A stretch of DNA of 44,436 nt, taken from IMG/VR virus record IMGVR_UViG_3300040801_004946, one strand, 5' to 3'. Made by a program: the position numbers and the translations under genes. The stretch is from a virus. The notes under the pieces were generated by a model that was given only the letters and a program-made list of their open reading frames with translations, was not told the DNA's origin and made no database searches. Shown in pieces: positions 17,736 to 27,586 of the stretch; the first letter of the stretch is position 1, and each line of letters begins with the position of its first letter.

Positions 17736-17843
17736 GAAGGATTTGAACCTCTAAGCCTGTTAAGGCAACTGAGATACTAGCTATCTGCCTCAGCCGCGAC
17801 TCTCTCATATCTTACGATACCTTCGCCGTCTCCCCTTGTTGTC
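17736..17843 (-). tRNA. Second tRNA-like gene (108 nt), paralogous to the first and 5 nt upstream of it
   Basis: The acceptor GGGGAGA/UCUCCCC is perfect. The T loop is GGUUCAAAUCC. It shares GACGGCGAAG, GAGAGUCGCGGCU and CUAGUAU blocks with the neighbour. It contains a GNRA hairpin (GUAUC-GUAA-GAUAU) and an extended arm (GGCUGAG...CUCAGUUGCC). Confidence 0.45.
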
Positions 17844-18035
17844 AATCTTTCAACTTTTAAGAGTAACTACTTTTAGTAACTCTGTTTGTTTTTGTATGTG
17901 ACAAATATAAAATGTTTTATTTAATCGGTAAAATTTTTTTACAAAAAAAACGATCTTTTTCAGAAATTATATATTGAATTGAGATACTTCAAAATAAACA
18001 ATATATATTTTACAAATGATCTATTTTAACTAACA

Positions 18036-18758
18036 ATGATTATAACACCTGACTATGTGCAATTGAATTTTCAACTGACAAATTATACATATTTAAAAAA
18101 TATGGCGTTGTTAGTATATCCTAAAGGATCTATACAATCATTTCAAGTCCAAAATAAAGTTCAAGATAAGAATACAATATTTGGTTTTCGGCATCAAATT
18201 CCGGAAATGTATCAAAAAAAACCAATTATTAGTATTATGTTGAATCCAATAAATTATTATGTTTCGTTATATCAGTGGGAAATTGATAATATAGATGTTG
18301 AATATGATAATTTTACCGATTTTTATAGGGGTATTCAACATCGAATTATTGATATATGTGAAAATGTTAATTTAAATTTCTCACCATTTATCGGATTAGT
18401 AAGTTTTAGATTTTTATTGACGTATTCTAAAGACCCATTTCAGACATATAAAAAAATATTGACACAACCTAATTTTTATCAAACCGCTGAATATAAACAA
18501 CAATTTAATAATATTACATTTATTAGAAATGAAAAAGTTGAAATTGACACCTTTAATTTATTAGCAAAGTATATTCCAATTTCAAAATTAGATCGTACAA
18601 TACAGCGTATTCAACCTCATAATTTTATTAATGATAAAATAACAATACCGTATGATATAATATCTGATATATTGTTAAGAGAACAAATTGTATTTGACAT
18701 GTTTCCTAATTATAGAGATTTAACAACTATTAACTCAAATATACAGTTAGAATATTAA
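18036..18758 (+). CDS. Hypothetical protein (240 aa)
   Basis: ORF only. Confidence 0.4.
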   Translation: MIITPDYVQLNFQLTNYTYLKNMALLVYPKGSIQSFQVQNKVQDKNTIFGFRHQIPEMYQKKPIISIMLNPINYYVSLYQWEIDNIDVEYDNFTDFYRGIQHRIIDICENVNLNFSPFIGLVSFRFLLTYSKDPFQTYKKILTQPNFYQTAEYKQQFNNITFIRNEKVEIDTFNLLAKYIPISKLDRTIQRIQPHNFINDKITIPYDIISDILLREQIVFDMFPNYRDLTTINSNIQLEY

Positions 18759-18776
18759 ATCATAATAAAATATTAA

Positions 18777-19577
18777 CTAAACTTGTATAGTGTTTTTCCA
18801 TCTAATATATTTTTCAGCATCTTGTCTTTTCTTAAAAATTGGATTATATAATCCAGCCTGTTTAAATTTAACTATTATTTTTTCGATTTCATCTTTATTA
18901 TGCTTATTATAATCAAAAAATTTATTATTTGTCCATATACCATCATCACCAATGTGAAATGTCAATTTCATTTCTTTTTCATGATGAATTTTTTCTGATA
19001 AACACAATAAATTAATATACAATCCAACATCAACACTCTTAACACCAATTAATAATTGTTGTAAATTCATTTTTGGAACTATTGATCTTTTAAATACAAA
19101 ACAATCCATTCCAACGTGTGTTTCACCCTCATCTTTATACATTTCCTTTAATTGATTAATACTTGTATATTTTTTTGCATCTATATTTTTTCGATTGATA
19201 ATTAAACAATCATAATTTTGTTCAATCCACTGATGAACTTGATTATAAAAATTTGGCATTAAACTAATATCTACATTAGTGTATATGAAATAATTAGCAT
19301 CTGATACATCATATAAATTTGCAATAATGTCAGAAATTAGTGGTAATTTTCTAGTAACTTTAAATGTTTGAATATTTTGAGATGATTTCAATAAACTAGC
19401 AGTTCGTTTAAATCCATCAATTTGATTCCATTCATCTTCAAATGCAGTGTGATATAAATCAACATTTATTTTTGATTGTTTTTGTGCATTTTGCATACTC
19501 TCAATTGTCACTTTTTGTGCAAATTGTTGAATATGATTAGTAGTATTTATTATATGTGCAAAATTAATCGGTCTCAA
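18777..19577 (-). CDS. Hypothetical protein, possibly GT-A-like
   Basis: ORF. YFIYTNVDISL could be a DxD-type strand. Weak. Confidence 0.3.
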   Translation of the reverse strand: MRPINFAHIINTTNHIQQFAQKVTIESMQNAQKQSKINVDLYHTAFEDEWNQIDGFKRTASLLKSSQNIQTFKVTRKLPLISDIIANLYDVSDANYFIYTNVDISLMPNFYNQVHQWIEQNYDCLIINRKNIDAKKYTSINQLKEMYKDEGETHVGMDCFVFKRSIVPKMNLQQLLIGVKSVDVGLYINLLCLSEKIHHEKEMKLTFHIGDDGIWTNNKFFDYNKHNKDEIEKIIVKFKQAGLYNPIFKKRQDAEKYIRWKNTIQV

Positions 19578-19594
19578 GTTTTAATTATATATAA

Positions 19595-20242
19595 TTGAAA
19601 TTGAGAATATACATGGACAAAATATACACATATTTATCAGAATCACATCAATATTTATATCAACAATATTTTTTAAAATCTTTTGATCAACATTTAAAAA
19701 ACGACTTTGAATTATATGTTGATACGAGACCTCAAATAGTTACTAATGGAGAATACTTTGCACATGGATGGACAGAAATGATGCAACAAAAAGTTGAAAT
19801 TTTAATCCAAGCTGTTAATAAAAACGATTACTTTGTATATGCTGATGTAGATATTTTATTTTGTGATAATTTTATTCATGATTTTGAAGATTTTAAAAAG
19901 TCTGGTTTAGATATTCAATTTCAATCTAATTTTAAAAATGATATATCTTTATGTGCTGGATTTTTTTATTGTAAATCAACTAATGCGGTTAAAAAATTTT
20001 TTGAACAAGTTTATAAAGATACTATTAAGTATAAAGATGATCAACATGCAATGAATATGAATAAACATATGGTAAGTTATGGTGTTTTACCCGAAACATA
20101 TTGGTCATATGGCTATATGAAAAATGGAATTTGGGATAATGAGACATTTAATTTTGATGTTCCCGAAAACCTAAAAATTGTGCACGCAAACTTTATTATA
20201 GGTACAAAAAATAAAATTGCTTTATTAGAACACTTTATTTAA
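19595..20242 (+). CDS. Hypothetical protein, possibly a nucleotide-diphospho-sugar transferase-like fold
   Basis: YFVYADVDILF is DxD-like. Weak. The start may be the downstream MDKIYTY. Confidence 0.3.
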   Translation: MKLRIYMDKIYTYLSESHQYLYQQYFLKSFDQHLKNDFELYVDTRPQIVTNGEYFAHGWTEMMQQKVEILIQAVNKNDYFVYADVDILFCDNFIHDFEDFKKSGLDIQFQSNFKNDISLCAGFFYCKSTNAVKKFFEQVYKDTIKYKDDQHAMNMNKHMVSYGVLPETYWSYGYMKNGIWDNETFNFDVPENLKIVHANFIIGTKNKIALLEHFI

Positions 20243-20922
20243 TATCTCATGTTGAAATCATTTCGAATATTAAATGTTTTTAAATATTGATCATAATTCA
20301 TATGTTTGTCTTCATTATCAGAATATCCTTCACGTTGCCATGTTAATGGTGGAATAATACAGTATGCTGGATGACGTCTTTGAATTTCAGCTAAATGCCA
20401 ATCACACGGCATTTTATATTTTGACGTTTCATTAATAACGTCATCTAATATTTCGGCATTAATTCCTAAAAAATGTGCACATAACGTATTTTTAACTTGA
20501 ATTACATTTTCTGAAACTGACTTAATATATTGTTTTCCACGATGATTGCCACTTGTATATAATAATTTCCAATTCGCTGGCACTTGTTCTAAATATTGAA
20601 AAAATAATTGATTGAAATTGTCTACAAATTCAACATCATCTTCCAGTACTAAAAATGTTTTATATCCTTTTTCTTTCGCATCTCTAAAAATGCTAACGAA
20701 ACTCATTGCACATCCTGCTGTTCCAGGGCTAAAATAAGGCTCGGCATGTTTAGAATATTTTATATTAGATAAATCAATTTGTTTACCATCAATTCCAGAA
20801 ATTCTTTCAACTTCAATATTATGCTTTTTAAATTCTAAATTTGCTTGTTCCCATCTATCCTTTCTTTTAGATAGATTTATACAATATATGTGATCGAAAT
20901 AGTCGTTTAATGTTTTGCTCAT
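20239..20922 (-). CDS. Glycosyltransferase family 25-like (LPS/collagen-type beta-glycosyltransferase)
   Basis: FDHIYCINLSKRKDRWEQANLEFKKHNIEVERISGIDG matches the GT25 N-terminal pattern (IyvINLkrs.dRre....l...g..ferv.AvdG). Confidence 0.6.
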   Translation of the reverse strand: MSKTLNDYFDHIYCINLSKRKDRWEQANLEFKKHNIEVERISGIDGKQIDLSNIKYSKHAEPYFSPGTAGCAMSFVSIFRDAKEKGYKTFLVLEDDVEFVDNFNQLFFQYLEQVPANWKLLYTSGNHRGKQYIKSVSENVIQVKNTLCAHFLGINAEILDDVINETSKYKMPCDWHLAEIQRRHPAYCIIPPLTWQREGYSDNEDKHMNYDQYLKTFNIRNDFNMRY

Positions 20923-20983
20923 AAAATTATTTTGAATTATACTAGAAAAATGTTTAAGTTATATATAATCAAAATGTAGTTAA

Positions 20984-22378
20984 TTGAATTTGAAGACTAA
21001 AAGTTTAGGAACGATTCTTGTTGTTATGTCGACTTATAATGATGAGACAACAATTGAAAAAGCAATTCATAGTATTAGAAACCAAACATATCAAGATTTT
21101 AAGTTAGTCATCATAGATGATTGTTCAGATGATGGAACATATCAAGTATGTAAAAAATTAACTGATCGATTGAAAGATGATAGAATTCATTTATTTAAGA
21201 ATAATCGAAATATGGGTACATATGCAAATAGAAATGCAGCATTGAAAATGTTTATTGATGATGTTGAATATTGGACAATTAATGATGGCGACGATATATC
21301 TTTGCCACTAAGATTTGAAATTTGTATTCAAGAAATGCAAGACATTAAATTATTTGGCTGTATGCATTCTCATTTGAAATATGATGAAAATAATCAACCA
21401 ACCACAGTCTTTCCTGAATCAGAAGGCACAGTGATTTATAAAAAAGAGTGTTTTAAATATTTAGGTTATTATGATAATAATAGATTTGGGGCCGACACAG
21501 AATATTTATATCGGGCATATCACACTTTTGGTCGAGATAAAATTTTATGGATAAAAGAAGATTTGTATCATGCTTACACTCCAGGTAAAAATTTAACTAT
21601 AAAATATCCAGATCAAGTTCGACAAATGTATATTAATAAATTTAAAAATGATATTAATACATTAAAACAATTTGGTAATGTAAGTCGTAAGATAAATTGT
21701 AAATTTCATGTTAAAAAAAATACAATATATTGGCATAATGATATTTATGTTTATATGCCTTATTATATTGAAAGTAAAAAAGAACGAATGAAGGAAATTA
21801 ATCATGCGATTAAACTTAATTCGGAAAATCAAGAAATTGATAAAATATATCTTTTTACTGAATCAGATGTTAATAAAATTGTTTTTGAAAAAGGTACATT
21901 AGAAAAGAAAATAAAAATTGTATCAACAAAAGATGTACCAACTTTTAATGATATATTGAAAAAATCAAATTCAGTTAATCCTGATGGTGTTAATATAATT
22001 ATAAACTCTGATATTTATATTGATGAAGACAACGTGCAATTAATTAGAAATCAAATTATTGATAGAATGGTATTTGCACTTTCAAGATATGATTTTAATC
22101 CAGAATCAAAAAAGTTCGAACTTCGCAATTTACCATATTCTCAAGATTCATGGGTATATAAAGGTAGAGTTTTTCCTTTTGATGAAGATATACCTTTTGG
22201 CATACCGGGTTGTGATAATAGAATAGCATATGAATTTCGCGAACAAGGATATATTGTATCTAATCCATCAAAAACAATTGAAACGTATCATTATCATATA
22301 TCTGGAGTTAGAAAATATAATAAAAATACTGATCTTTTAGAAGGCAAATATTGCTTTTTATTTCCAGTAACAACATAA
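20984..22378 (+). CDS. GT2-family glycosyltransferase (N-terminal GT-A domain) with a ~250-aa C-terminal extension
   Basis: ILVVMSTYNDETTIEKAIHSIRNQTYQDFKLVIIDDCSDDGT is the classic GT2 opening. The ORF appears to start with TTG. Confidence 0.7.
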   Translation: MNLKTKSLGTILVVMSTYNDETTIEKAIHSIRNQTYQDFKLVIIDDCSDDGTYQVCKKLTDRLKDDRIHLFKNNRNMGTYANRNAALKMFIDDVEYWTINDGDDISLPLRFEICIQEMQDIKLFGCMHSHLKYDENNQPTTVFPESEGTVIYKKECFKYLGYYDNNRFGADTEYLYRAYHTFGRDKILWIKEDLYHAYTPGKNLTIKYPDQVRQMYINKFKNDINTLKQFGNVSRKINCKFHVKKNTIYWHNDIYVYMPYYIESKKERMKEINHAIKLNSENQEIDKIYLFTESDVNKIVFEKGTLEKKIKIVSTKDVPTFNDILKKSNSVNPDGVNIIINSDIYIDEDNVQLIRNQIIDRMVFALSRYDFNPESKKFELRNLPYSQDSWVYKGRVFPFDEDIPFGIPGCDNRIAYEFREQGYIVSNPSKTIETYHYHISGVRKYNKNTDLLEGKYCFLFPVTT

Positions 22379-22402
22379 AACAAAAAATCATATATATACA
22401 TT

Positions 22403-22750
22403 ATGATAATTGAAATGGATGAAAATACATTAGGTCGAAAAGGTAAATACTTCGGCAAACCAATTTCAACAACAAGAGTTCATGTTGGCTGCGACATTGA
22501 TGATTGTGATGAAACATGGTGGACCATTTGGCGTTATCGTAAACTTAGAAAACAAGACATTTGTCAAACACACAAAAATGAAATGGGAATATGTGGAATG
22601 AAAGGCAAAAATCATTCTGATGAAACCATAGCTAAGTTTAAAGATGGTCGTCGAGCTGGTGAAAACAACGTCAGTAAAAGACCAGAAGTTAGAGAAAAAA
22701 TTTCATGGAGTCTTCGAGGAAAGAAGAGAAACCGTAAAAGCAAAGAATAA
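22403..22750 (+). CDS. Small NUMOD3-repeat DNA-binding protein (homing-endonuclease-associated module) with an N-terminal Cys/His cluster and no nuclease domain
   Basis: GKNHSDETIAKFKDGRRAGENN and SKRPEVREKISWSLRGKKRN resemble tandem NUMOD3 units (G+.HSEETK.K+S). There is a CDIDDCDE...CQTHK...C metal-binding-like N-terminus. Confidence 0.4.
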   Translation: MIIEMDENTLGRKGKYFGKPISTTRVHVGCDIDDCDETWWTIWRYRKLRKQDICQTHKNEMGICGMKGKNHSDETIAKFKDGRRAGENNVSKRPEVREKISWSLRGKKRNRKSKE

Positions 22751-23464
22751 ATGAATAAACATTTAATTCTAACTACAATTGGTCGTCGAGATTGTTTACC
22801 AAGTTGGAAAAGCCAAAATCCAAATTATGACATATGGTTGGTTTATTATAAACCGGATATAGATTATGACTATTATGTGAAGAAAGCAGATCGTTTTTTT
22901 CATGTTCCTACATTTAAATATCCTGCACTTTATAAAGTAATATCTGAAAACTGGTCTGAAATATCCAAATATAAATATATTTGGATGCCGGATGATGATA
23001 TATTGTTGAAGAGAGGTATGATTAATCATTTGTTTAATACGGCCGAACAATATAATTTGCAAATGGCGCAGCCTAGTATTGTTGCTAAAAATTATACTTG
23101 GCCTGTTACAATACATCAAAGAGATAGTAAACTTCGATATGTTAGTATGATCGAAATTATGTGTCCAATGTTTAGTGTTGACGCATTGGAAAAATGTTAT
23201 CCAACATTTAAAGAATCAAATTCGGGCTGGGGTCTAGAAGGTGTTTGGGCATCAAAGTTAAATTGGCCAAAAAAGAGTTTTGCGGTGATTGATGAAGTTG
23301 TGATTGAGCATATTCATGTTTTAAATGAACATAATGGTCAATTATATAAAAAGCTTAGAAAAGAAACTACATACAGAGATCCTCGAGAAGAAATGCGAGA
23401 GTTACTAAAAAAGCATAATACTCGAATTCAATTTGTTGAATATAGTAAGATTCGAAATGATTAG
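22751..23464 (+). CDS. Hypothetical protein, possibly glycosyltransferase-like (IWMPDDDI DxD-like motif)
   Basis: ORF inside the glycan array. Weak motif only. Confidence 0.3.
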   Translation: MNKHLILTTIGRRDCLPSWKSQNPNYDIWLVYYKPDIDYDYYVKKADRFFHVPTFKYPALYKVISENWSEISKYKYIWMPDDDILLKRGMINHLFNTAEQYNLQMAQPSIVAKNYTWPVTIHQRDSKLRYVSMIEIMCPMFSVDALEKCYPTFKESNSGWGLEGVWASKLNWPKKSFAVIDEVVIEHIHVLNEHNGQLYKKLRKETTYRDPREEMRELLKKHNTRIQFVEYSKIRND

Positions 23465-24206
23465 AGATGAAGATATATTATTTGTTACAACATCAATGCA
23501 TACTAAATGGCAATCATATTCATCAGCATGTGTTAAACATTTTTTTCCGGAATCAAAACATTTAATTATTGACGGTAGAAAGGGTTGGCCAAGAATATGG
23601 TTTAAATGGACTGACGAAGTTCAAAAATATGATACCAAATATGTTATACATATCGACGAAGACTGTTTTCTGCAATCTAGACAAGAAGTTATAAACATTA
23701 TTGATAAATTAGAACAAACAAATAGTTGTTTAGCAGGTGTGCCAGATGCTCATTTTGCTCTTAGAGGATTTAACGAAGTAGCATTAAATGCGTTTTTTAT
23801 GGTTGGTGATTTGAAAAAATTAAAAAAAATATTTTCAAATAAAAAATGGCGCAACTCTAGATTTAATAAGAAATGGATTTCAGAAGTTAAATATGATTAT
23901 AAAGTTAGCACTAAAGCTAGAAACACTACATACGAACCATATTATGTAATTTTTTGGGCCATTCTCAATGCAAATGAAAAATTGTTATATTTATATCCAC
24001 ATGACGATTTTCAATTCGCAAATCAAGAAAATAGAATACCAGCAACTACTGTTAAATTATTGCCGAATACATCAAATATTTGTACACATATGTGGTATTT
24101 AAGACAATGGAAAAATCGTGATCATATTAATAGATATAATAAAATTGAACGATTTTTAAATGATCAAAATATTCTTTTATGTTTATCAGGTCAAGAAATG
24201 GAATAA
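23433..24206 (+). CDS. Hypothetical protein (257 aa). The start is uncertain because it overlaps the upstream gene by 32 nt.
   Basis: ORF only. Confidence 0.35.
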   Translation: MLNIVRFEMIRDEDILFVTTSMHTKWQSYSSACVKHFFPESKHLIIDGRKGWPRIWFKWTDEVQKYDTKYVIHIDEDCFLQSRQEVINIIDKLEQTNSCLAGVPDAHFALRGFNEVALNAFFMVGDLKKLKKIFSNKKWRNSRFNKKWISEVKYDYKVSTKARNTTYEPYYVIFWAILNANEKLLYLYPHDDFQFANQENRIPATTVKLLPNTSNICTHMWYLRQWKNRDHINRYNKIERFLNDQNILLCLSGQEME

Positions 24207-24804
24207 TATTTATGATGAATTAATTAGTCAACTGATTAGATCTGGAATCAAATATGATCAACTTTATATTTTATCAAGTCACACTAAAATAGATGAGAAA
24301 AGACTTAAGTGTACAAGTGTTTCAAATAACGGTAAAAATGAATATGAATTTTTTGCTTTAAAATTTTTACACACTCATGTTCAACCCACTGATAAAATAT
24401 TGTACATGCACACTAAAGGGGTTAATAAAAACACACCCCAAACACACGCCTGGAGAAAATACATGGCACATTTTTGTATTGATAAGTATTCAACATGTCT
24501 TGAATCTTTAAAAACTTATGATACATGTGGTGTAGATTTAACTATAAATAAAGATTCAATGCGACATGTAACTAAAAATAAAAAGTTACAATATTCAAAA
24601 TTGAAATTTTTTGCTGGTAATTTTTGGTGGGCCAACGGATCATATTTACATTCTTTACCTAGATTAGATGAATTAAATCAAAAATATCGTTGGGGAGCCG
24701 AACGATGGATTGGAATGCATCCAAATCCAAAAATGAAATCAATTTATCAATCTAAAAAAGATTTATATAAAGACGCAATTCCAATTCAAGCCTATATTAA
24801 ATAG
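24160..24804 (+). CDS. Hypothetical protein (214 aa)
   Basis: ORF only. Confidence 0.35.
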   Translation: MIKIFFYVYQVKKWNNIYDELISQLIRSGIKYDQLYILSSHTKIDEKRLKCTSVSNNGKNEYEFFALKFLHTHVQPTDKILYMHTKGVNKNTPQTHAWRKYMAHFCIDKYSTCLESLKTYDTCGVDLTINKDSMRHVTKNKKLQYSKLKFFAGNFWWANGSYLHSLPRLDELNQKYRWGAERWIGMHPNPKMKSIYQSKKDLYKDAIPIQAYIK

Positions 24805-24853
24805 TTAATAGGAATAGGTAGATTAAATAAATATAAAAACATATAATTATTAA

Positions 24854-25528
24854 ATGAATCTATGTCAAACTCCTAATCAACATGCTCAAAAACCAAATTT
24901 TAAAAAACAAGGTAATAAAATAATTGTTCAGGGTTATAATGCATTTGAAATAGAAAATAGAAAATTGAAAAATCAGCGCCAAAATAATAAATTTGATATG
25001 ATAAAGCCATATCTGAATAATTTAGAAGAAATGATTGTTTCTGATTTAGGATGTGCAAATGGCGTTTACTCAATTTATTCAGCTTTGCAAAATGCTAAAG
25101 AAGTTAATGCAGTTGATATTGATAAAACTCATTTAGATATTATACAAAAGGTGAAAAATGATTTATCGTTAAATAATTTAAATATTGTTGATCAAAATAT
25201 TGATTCATATACTAAACGATCTGATATTGTTATAGCACTTGCTATTATTCATTGGATATATTCATGCACTACGGTTAAATTTGGTAGTCTTGACAAAATT
25301 ATAGAGTGGTTTGCTTCAATAACAAATAACTTTTTAATTATTGAATGGGTTGATGCTGCTAATGACACAAATGTCAATCATTTTAAACATTTGAAATATA
25401 ATCAAGATAAAATAATTCAAGAATATTCAAAAGAAAATTTTGATAATGCTCTTGCAAAACATTTCAAAGAGACAAAATTTATTGGTAATGTCAATAAATT
25501 TAGAAAAATTTATATAGCATACGTTTAA
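24854..25528 (+). CDS. Class I SAM-dependent methyltransferase
   Basis: Motif I is VSDLGCANGVYS, followed by an acidic post-I residue (VNAVDID). Confidence 0.55.
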   Translation: MNLCQTPNQHAQKPNFKKQGNKIIVQGYNAFEIENRKLKNQRQNNKFDMIKPYLNNLEEMIVSDLGCANGVYSIYSALQNAKEVNAVDIDKTHLDIIQKVKNDLSLNNLNIVDQNIDSYTKRSDIVIALAIIHWIYSCTTVKFGSLDKIIEWFASITNNFLIIEWVDAANDTNVNHFKHLKYNQDKIIQEYSKENFDNALAKHFKETKFIGNVNKFRKIYIAYV

Positions 25529-26091
25529 TGTTAAGACATAGAGCAACATCATCAGATATAGTTTTCAAAGATGAAACTGTACATAAAAAAATTAAAAGAT
25601 TTTTTAATTTAAATGTGTATGAACGCGAAGTGTATTGGTTAAAAAGATTAAGTCATTTGGACTTTGTACCAAAATTATATTCAACTGATGATGACTCTCA
25701 AACAATTGTTATGGAAAATGTTGGTACATTAATGACTGATAAAACTTTAGTTCCCCACGATTTTGAAAAACAATTAGATGAAATCTTAAAACAATTAATT
25801 GCTAATAATTGTCAACATAACGATTTAAACGTTCAAAATTTTTTAGTTAAAAATGAAAAATTATATCTAATTGATTTTGGTTGGTCAACTTATGTAAATG
25901 ACTTGATAGAAAATAAAAATGATGAAAATTTCAATATTATATGTTCATCAAATTTGAAAAAATTTCCAAGAGTTTTAAATTTAAAAAATAGAAAATCAGA
26001 AAAAGAATTTGATGATGGATTCACACTTGAAGTGATAAAAAAAGATTTAAAGGATTACTGTGAAACTGGGAGCCTCGTACAACGTGTTTGA
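25528..26091 (+). CDS. Small protein-kinase-like fold protein (Kdo/WaaP/aminoglycoside-phosphotransferase-like), likely a sugar kinase
   Basis: The catalytic loop is HNDLNVQNFLV, followed by LIDFGWS (DFG). Confidence 0.5.
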   Translation: MLRHRATSSDIVFKDETVHKKIKRFFNLNVYEREVYWLKRLSHLDFVPKLYSTDDDSQTIVMENVGTLMTDKTLVPHDFEKQLDEILKQLIANNCQHNDLNVQNFLVKNEKLYLIDFGWSTYVNDLIENKNDENFNIICSSNLKKFPRVLNLKNRKSEKEFDDGFTLEVIKKDLKDYCETGSLVQRV

Positions 26092-26833
26092 TGGAACAGA
26101 ATTATTAGAAGGAAGTATTAAATCAATAAAAGACTCGGTTGATTATATTGTTATCGTTTACCAAAACGTCAGTAATTATGGAGAAATACAAAATAATGAC
26201 TCATTTATTCAAGATTTATTGAATCGAAAACTTATTGATAAAGCAGTATTTTATGAACCTAATTTTTCTAAAACACCAAAAATAAATGAAACAATAAAAA
26301 GAAATATTGGTTTAAATATTTTACGAGAACAGAATTGTACACATCATATGAATTTAGATGCTGATGAATATTGGTTTCATGATCAATTGGAATATGCCAA
26401 AAAAGAGATTTTAAAAAATAAATATGATGCAACAATATCCAAAAATATAAGATATTATAAATTTCCAACTATTCAAACAACTTATAATTTTAATGATTAT
26501 GCACCATGCATTTATTCAACTAAATTTGATTTAGGAAATTTTAATTTGCGATATGCGGTTGATCCGAGTAGAAAACCAAATACAAAAAAAGTTTTTGCGT
26601 TTGATAGTAACGTAGTCGTTATGCATCATTATTGGATGATTCGCAATAATTTAGATCAAAAATTTAAGAATAAGTCATCGCAAGGAAATTTTAATAGGAA
26701 CTTAGAAAAAACAATGGAAAAATACCGGGAGTATAAACATGGTGATAAAATAGAATTTTGGTTGAGAGGCCGACATTGTATATGTGAACCCAATATAGTA
26801 CCCAATTATTTCAACATAGATATAAAAATATAA
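26060..26833 (+). CDS. Hypothetical protein. It is a paralogue of 32293-33069, and both sit in the glycan array.
   Basis: MKLGASYNVFDGTELLEGSIKSIKDSVDYIVIVYQNVSNYGE aligns with MIGVSYNIFDGEELLSRSIQSIRGVVGHVNVVYQKISNFGE. The GTG start at 26060 overlaps the kinase gene by 32 nt, and the N-terminal alignment with the paralogue supports it. Confidence 0.5.
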   Translation: MKLGASYNVFDGTELLEGSIKSIKDSVDYIVIVYQNVSNYGEIQNNDSFIQDLLNRKLIDKAVFYEPNFSKTPKINETIKRNIGLNILREQNCTHHMNLDADEYWFHDQLEYAKKEILKNKYDATISKNIRYYKFPTIQTTYNFNDYAPCIYSTKFDLGNFNLRYAVDPSRKPNTKKVFAFDSNVVVMHHYWMIRNNLDQKFKNKSSQGNFNRNLEKTMEKYREYKHGDKIEFWLRGRHCICEPNIVPNYFNIDIKI

Positions 26834-26839
26834 AATGAT

Positions 26840-27586
26840 ATGGCAGTAAATGAAATTTCAGTAATTTTAACATCTTATAATCGTCCGTATACTTTAAATG
26901 AGCAAATCGACGGCATATTAAATCAATCGGTAGACGTTAAAGAAATTATAGTTTGGCATAATAAAGGAAAATATGATGCACCTAAAGTTGATCCAAAATA
27001 TAGCTCAAAGGTTAAAACTATTGTTTGTGATCATAATTGGAAATTTCATGGGAGATTTGCAGCAGCTCAGATGTTATCATCAGAATATATAGCGTTATTT
27101 GATGACGATGTTATTCCAGGTAAGGATTGGTTTAAAAGTTGTTTACAATTTATGAAGACAACACCAGGAATAATGGGAACAACTGGAGTTATCTTAAGAG
27201 GTCCAACATATACGCCAAATTCAAAAGTTGGTTGGAATTCTAAACAAAATACAATTATTGAAGAAGTTGATTTAGTTGGACACGCTTGGTTTTTCAAAAA
27301 AGAATGGGCAAAATATATGTGGTATGAAGAACCAGTAACTTGGGATAACGGCGAAGATATAATGTTTAGTTATTTATGTCAAAAATATGGGAACATTAAA
27401 ACATATGTACCACCACATCCGCCAAATAATTTAGCAATTTGGGGAAACAAACCGGAAACTGCAAGAAAATATGGTGGTGATGCCGAAGCAACATATAAAA
27501 TTGTCAAAGATCATTATACTTTGAGAAATAAAATTTGTAAGCATTGTATTCAAAATGGATGGAAAATCGTCAAATACAAAAAATAA
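26840..27586 (+). CDS. GT2-like glycosyltransferase
   Basis: ISVILTSYNRPYTLNEQIDGILNQS is the GT2 N-terminal strand-helix. The DxD is ALFDDDVIP. Confidence 0.55.
   Translation: MAVNEISVILTSYNRPYTLNEQIDGILNQSVDVKEIIVWHNKGKYDAPKVDPKYSSKVKTIVCDHNWKFHGRFAAAQMLSSEYIALFDDDVIPGKDWFKSCLQFMKTTPGIMGTTGVILRGPTYTPNSKVGWNSKQNTIIEEVDLVGHAWFFKKEWAKYMWYEEPVTWDNGEDIMFSYLCQKYGNIKTYVPPHPPNNLAIWGNKPETARKYGGDAEATYKIVKDHYTLRNKICKHCIQNGWKIVKYKK

Noticed and set aside
17561-17746. Track ORF 17561-17746 (+) overlapping the tRNA-like genes
   Set aside because: It is a spurious ORF across the tRNA-like locus. The GC-rich RNA genes on the opposite strand explain the region.
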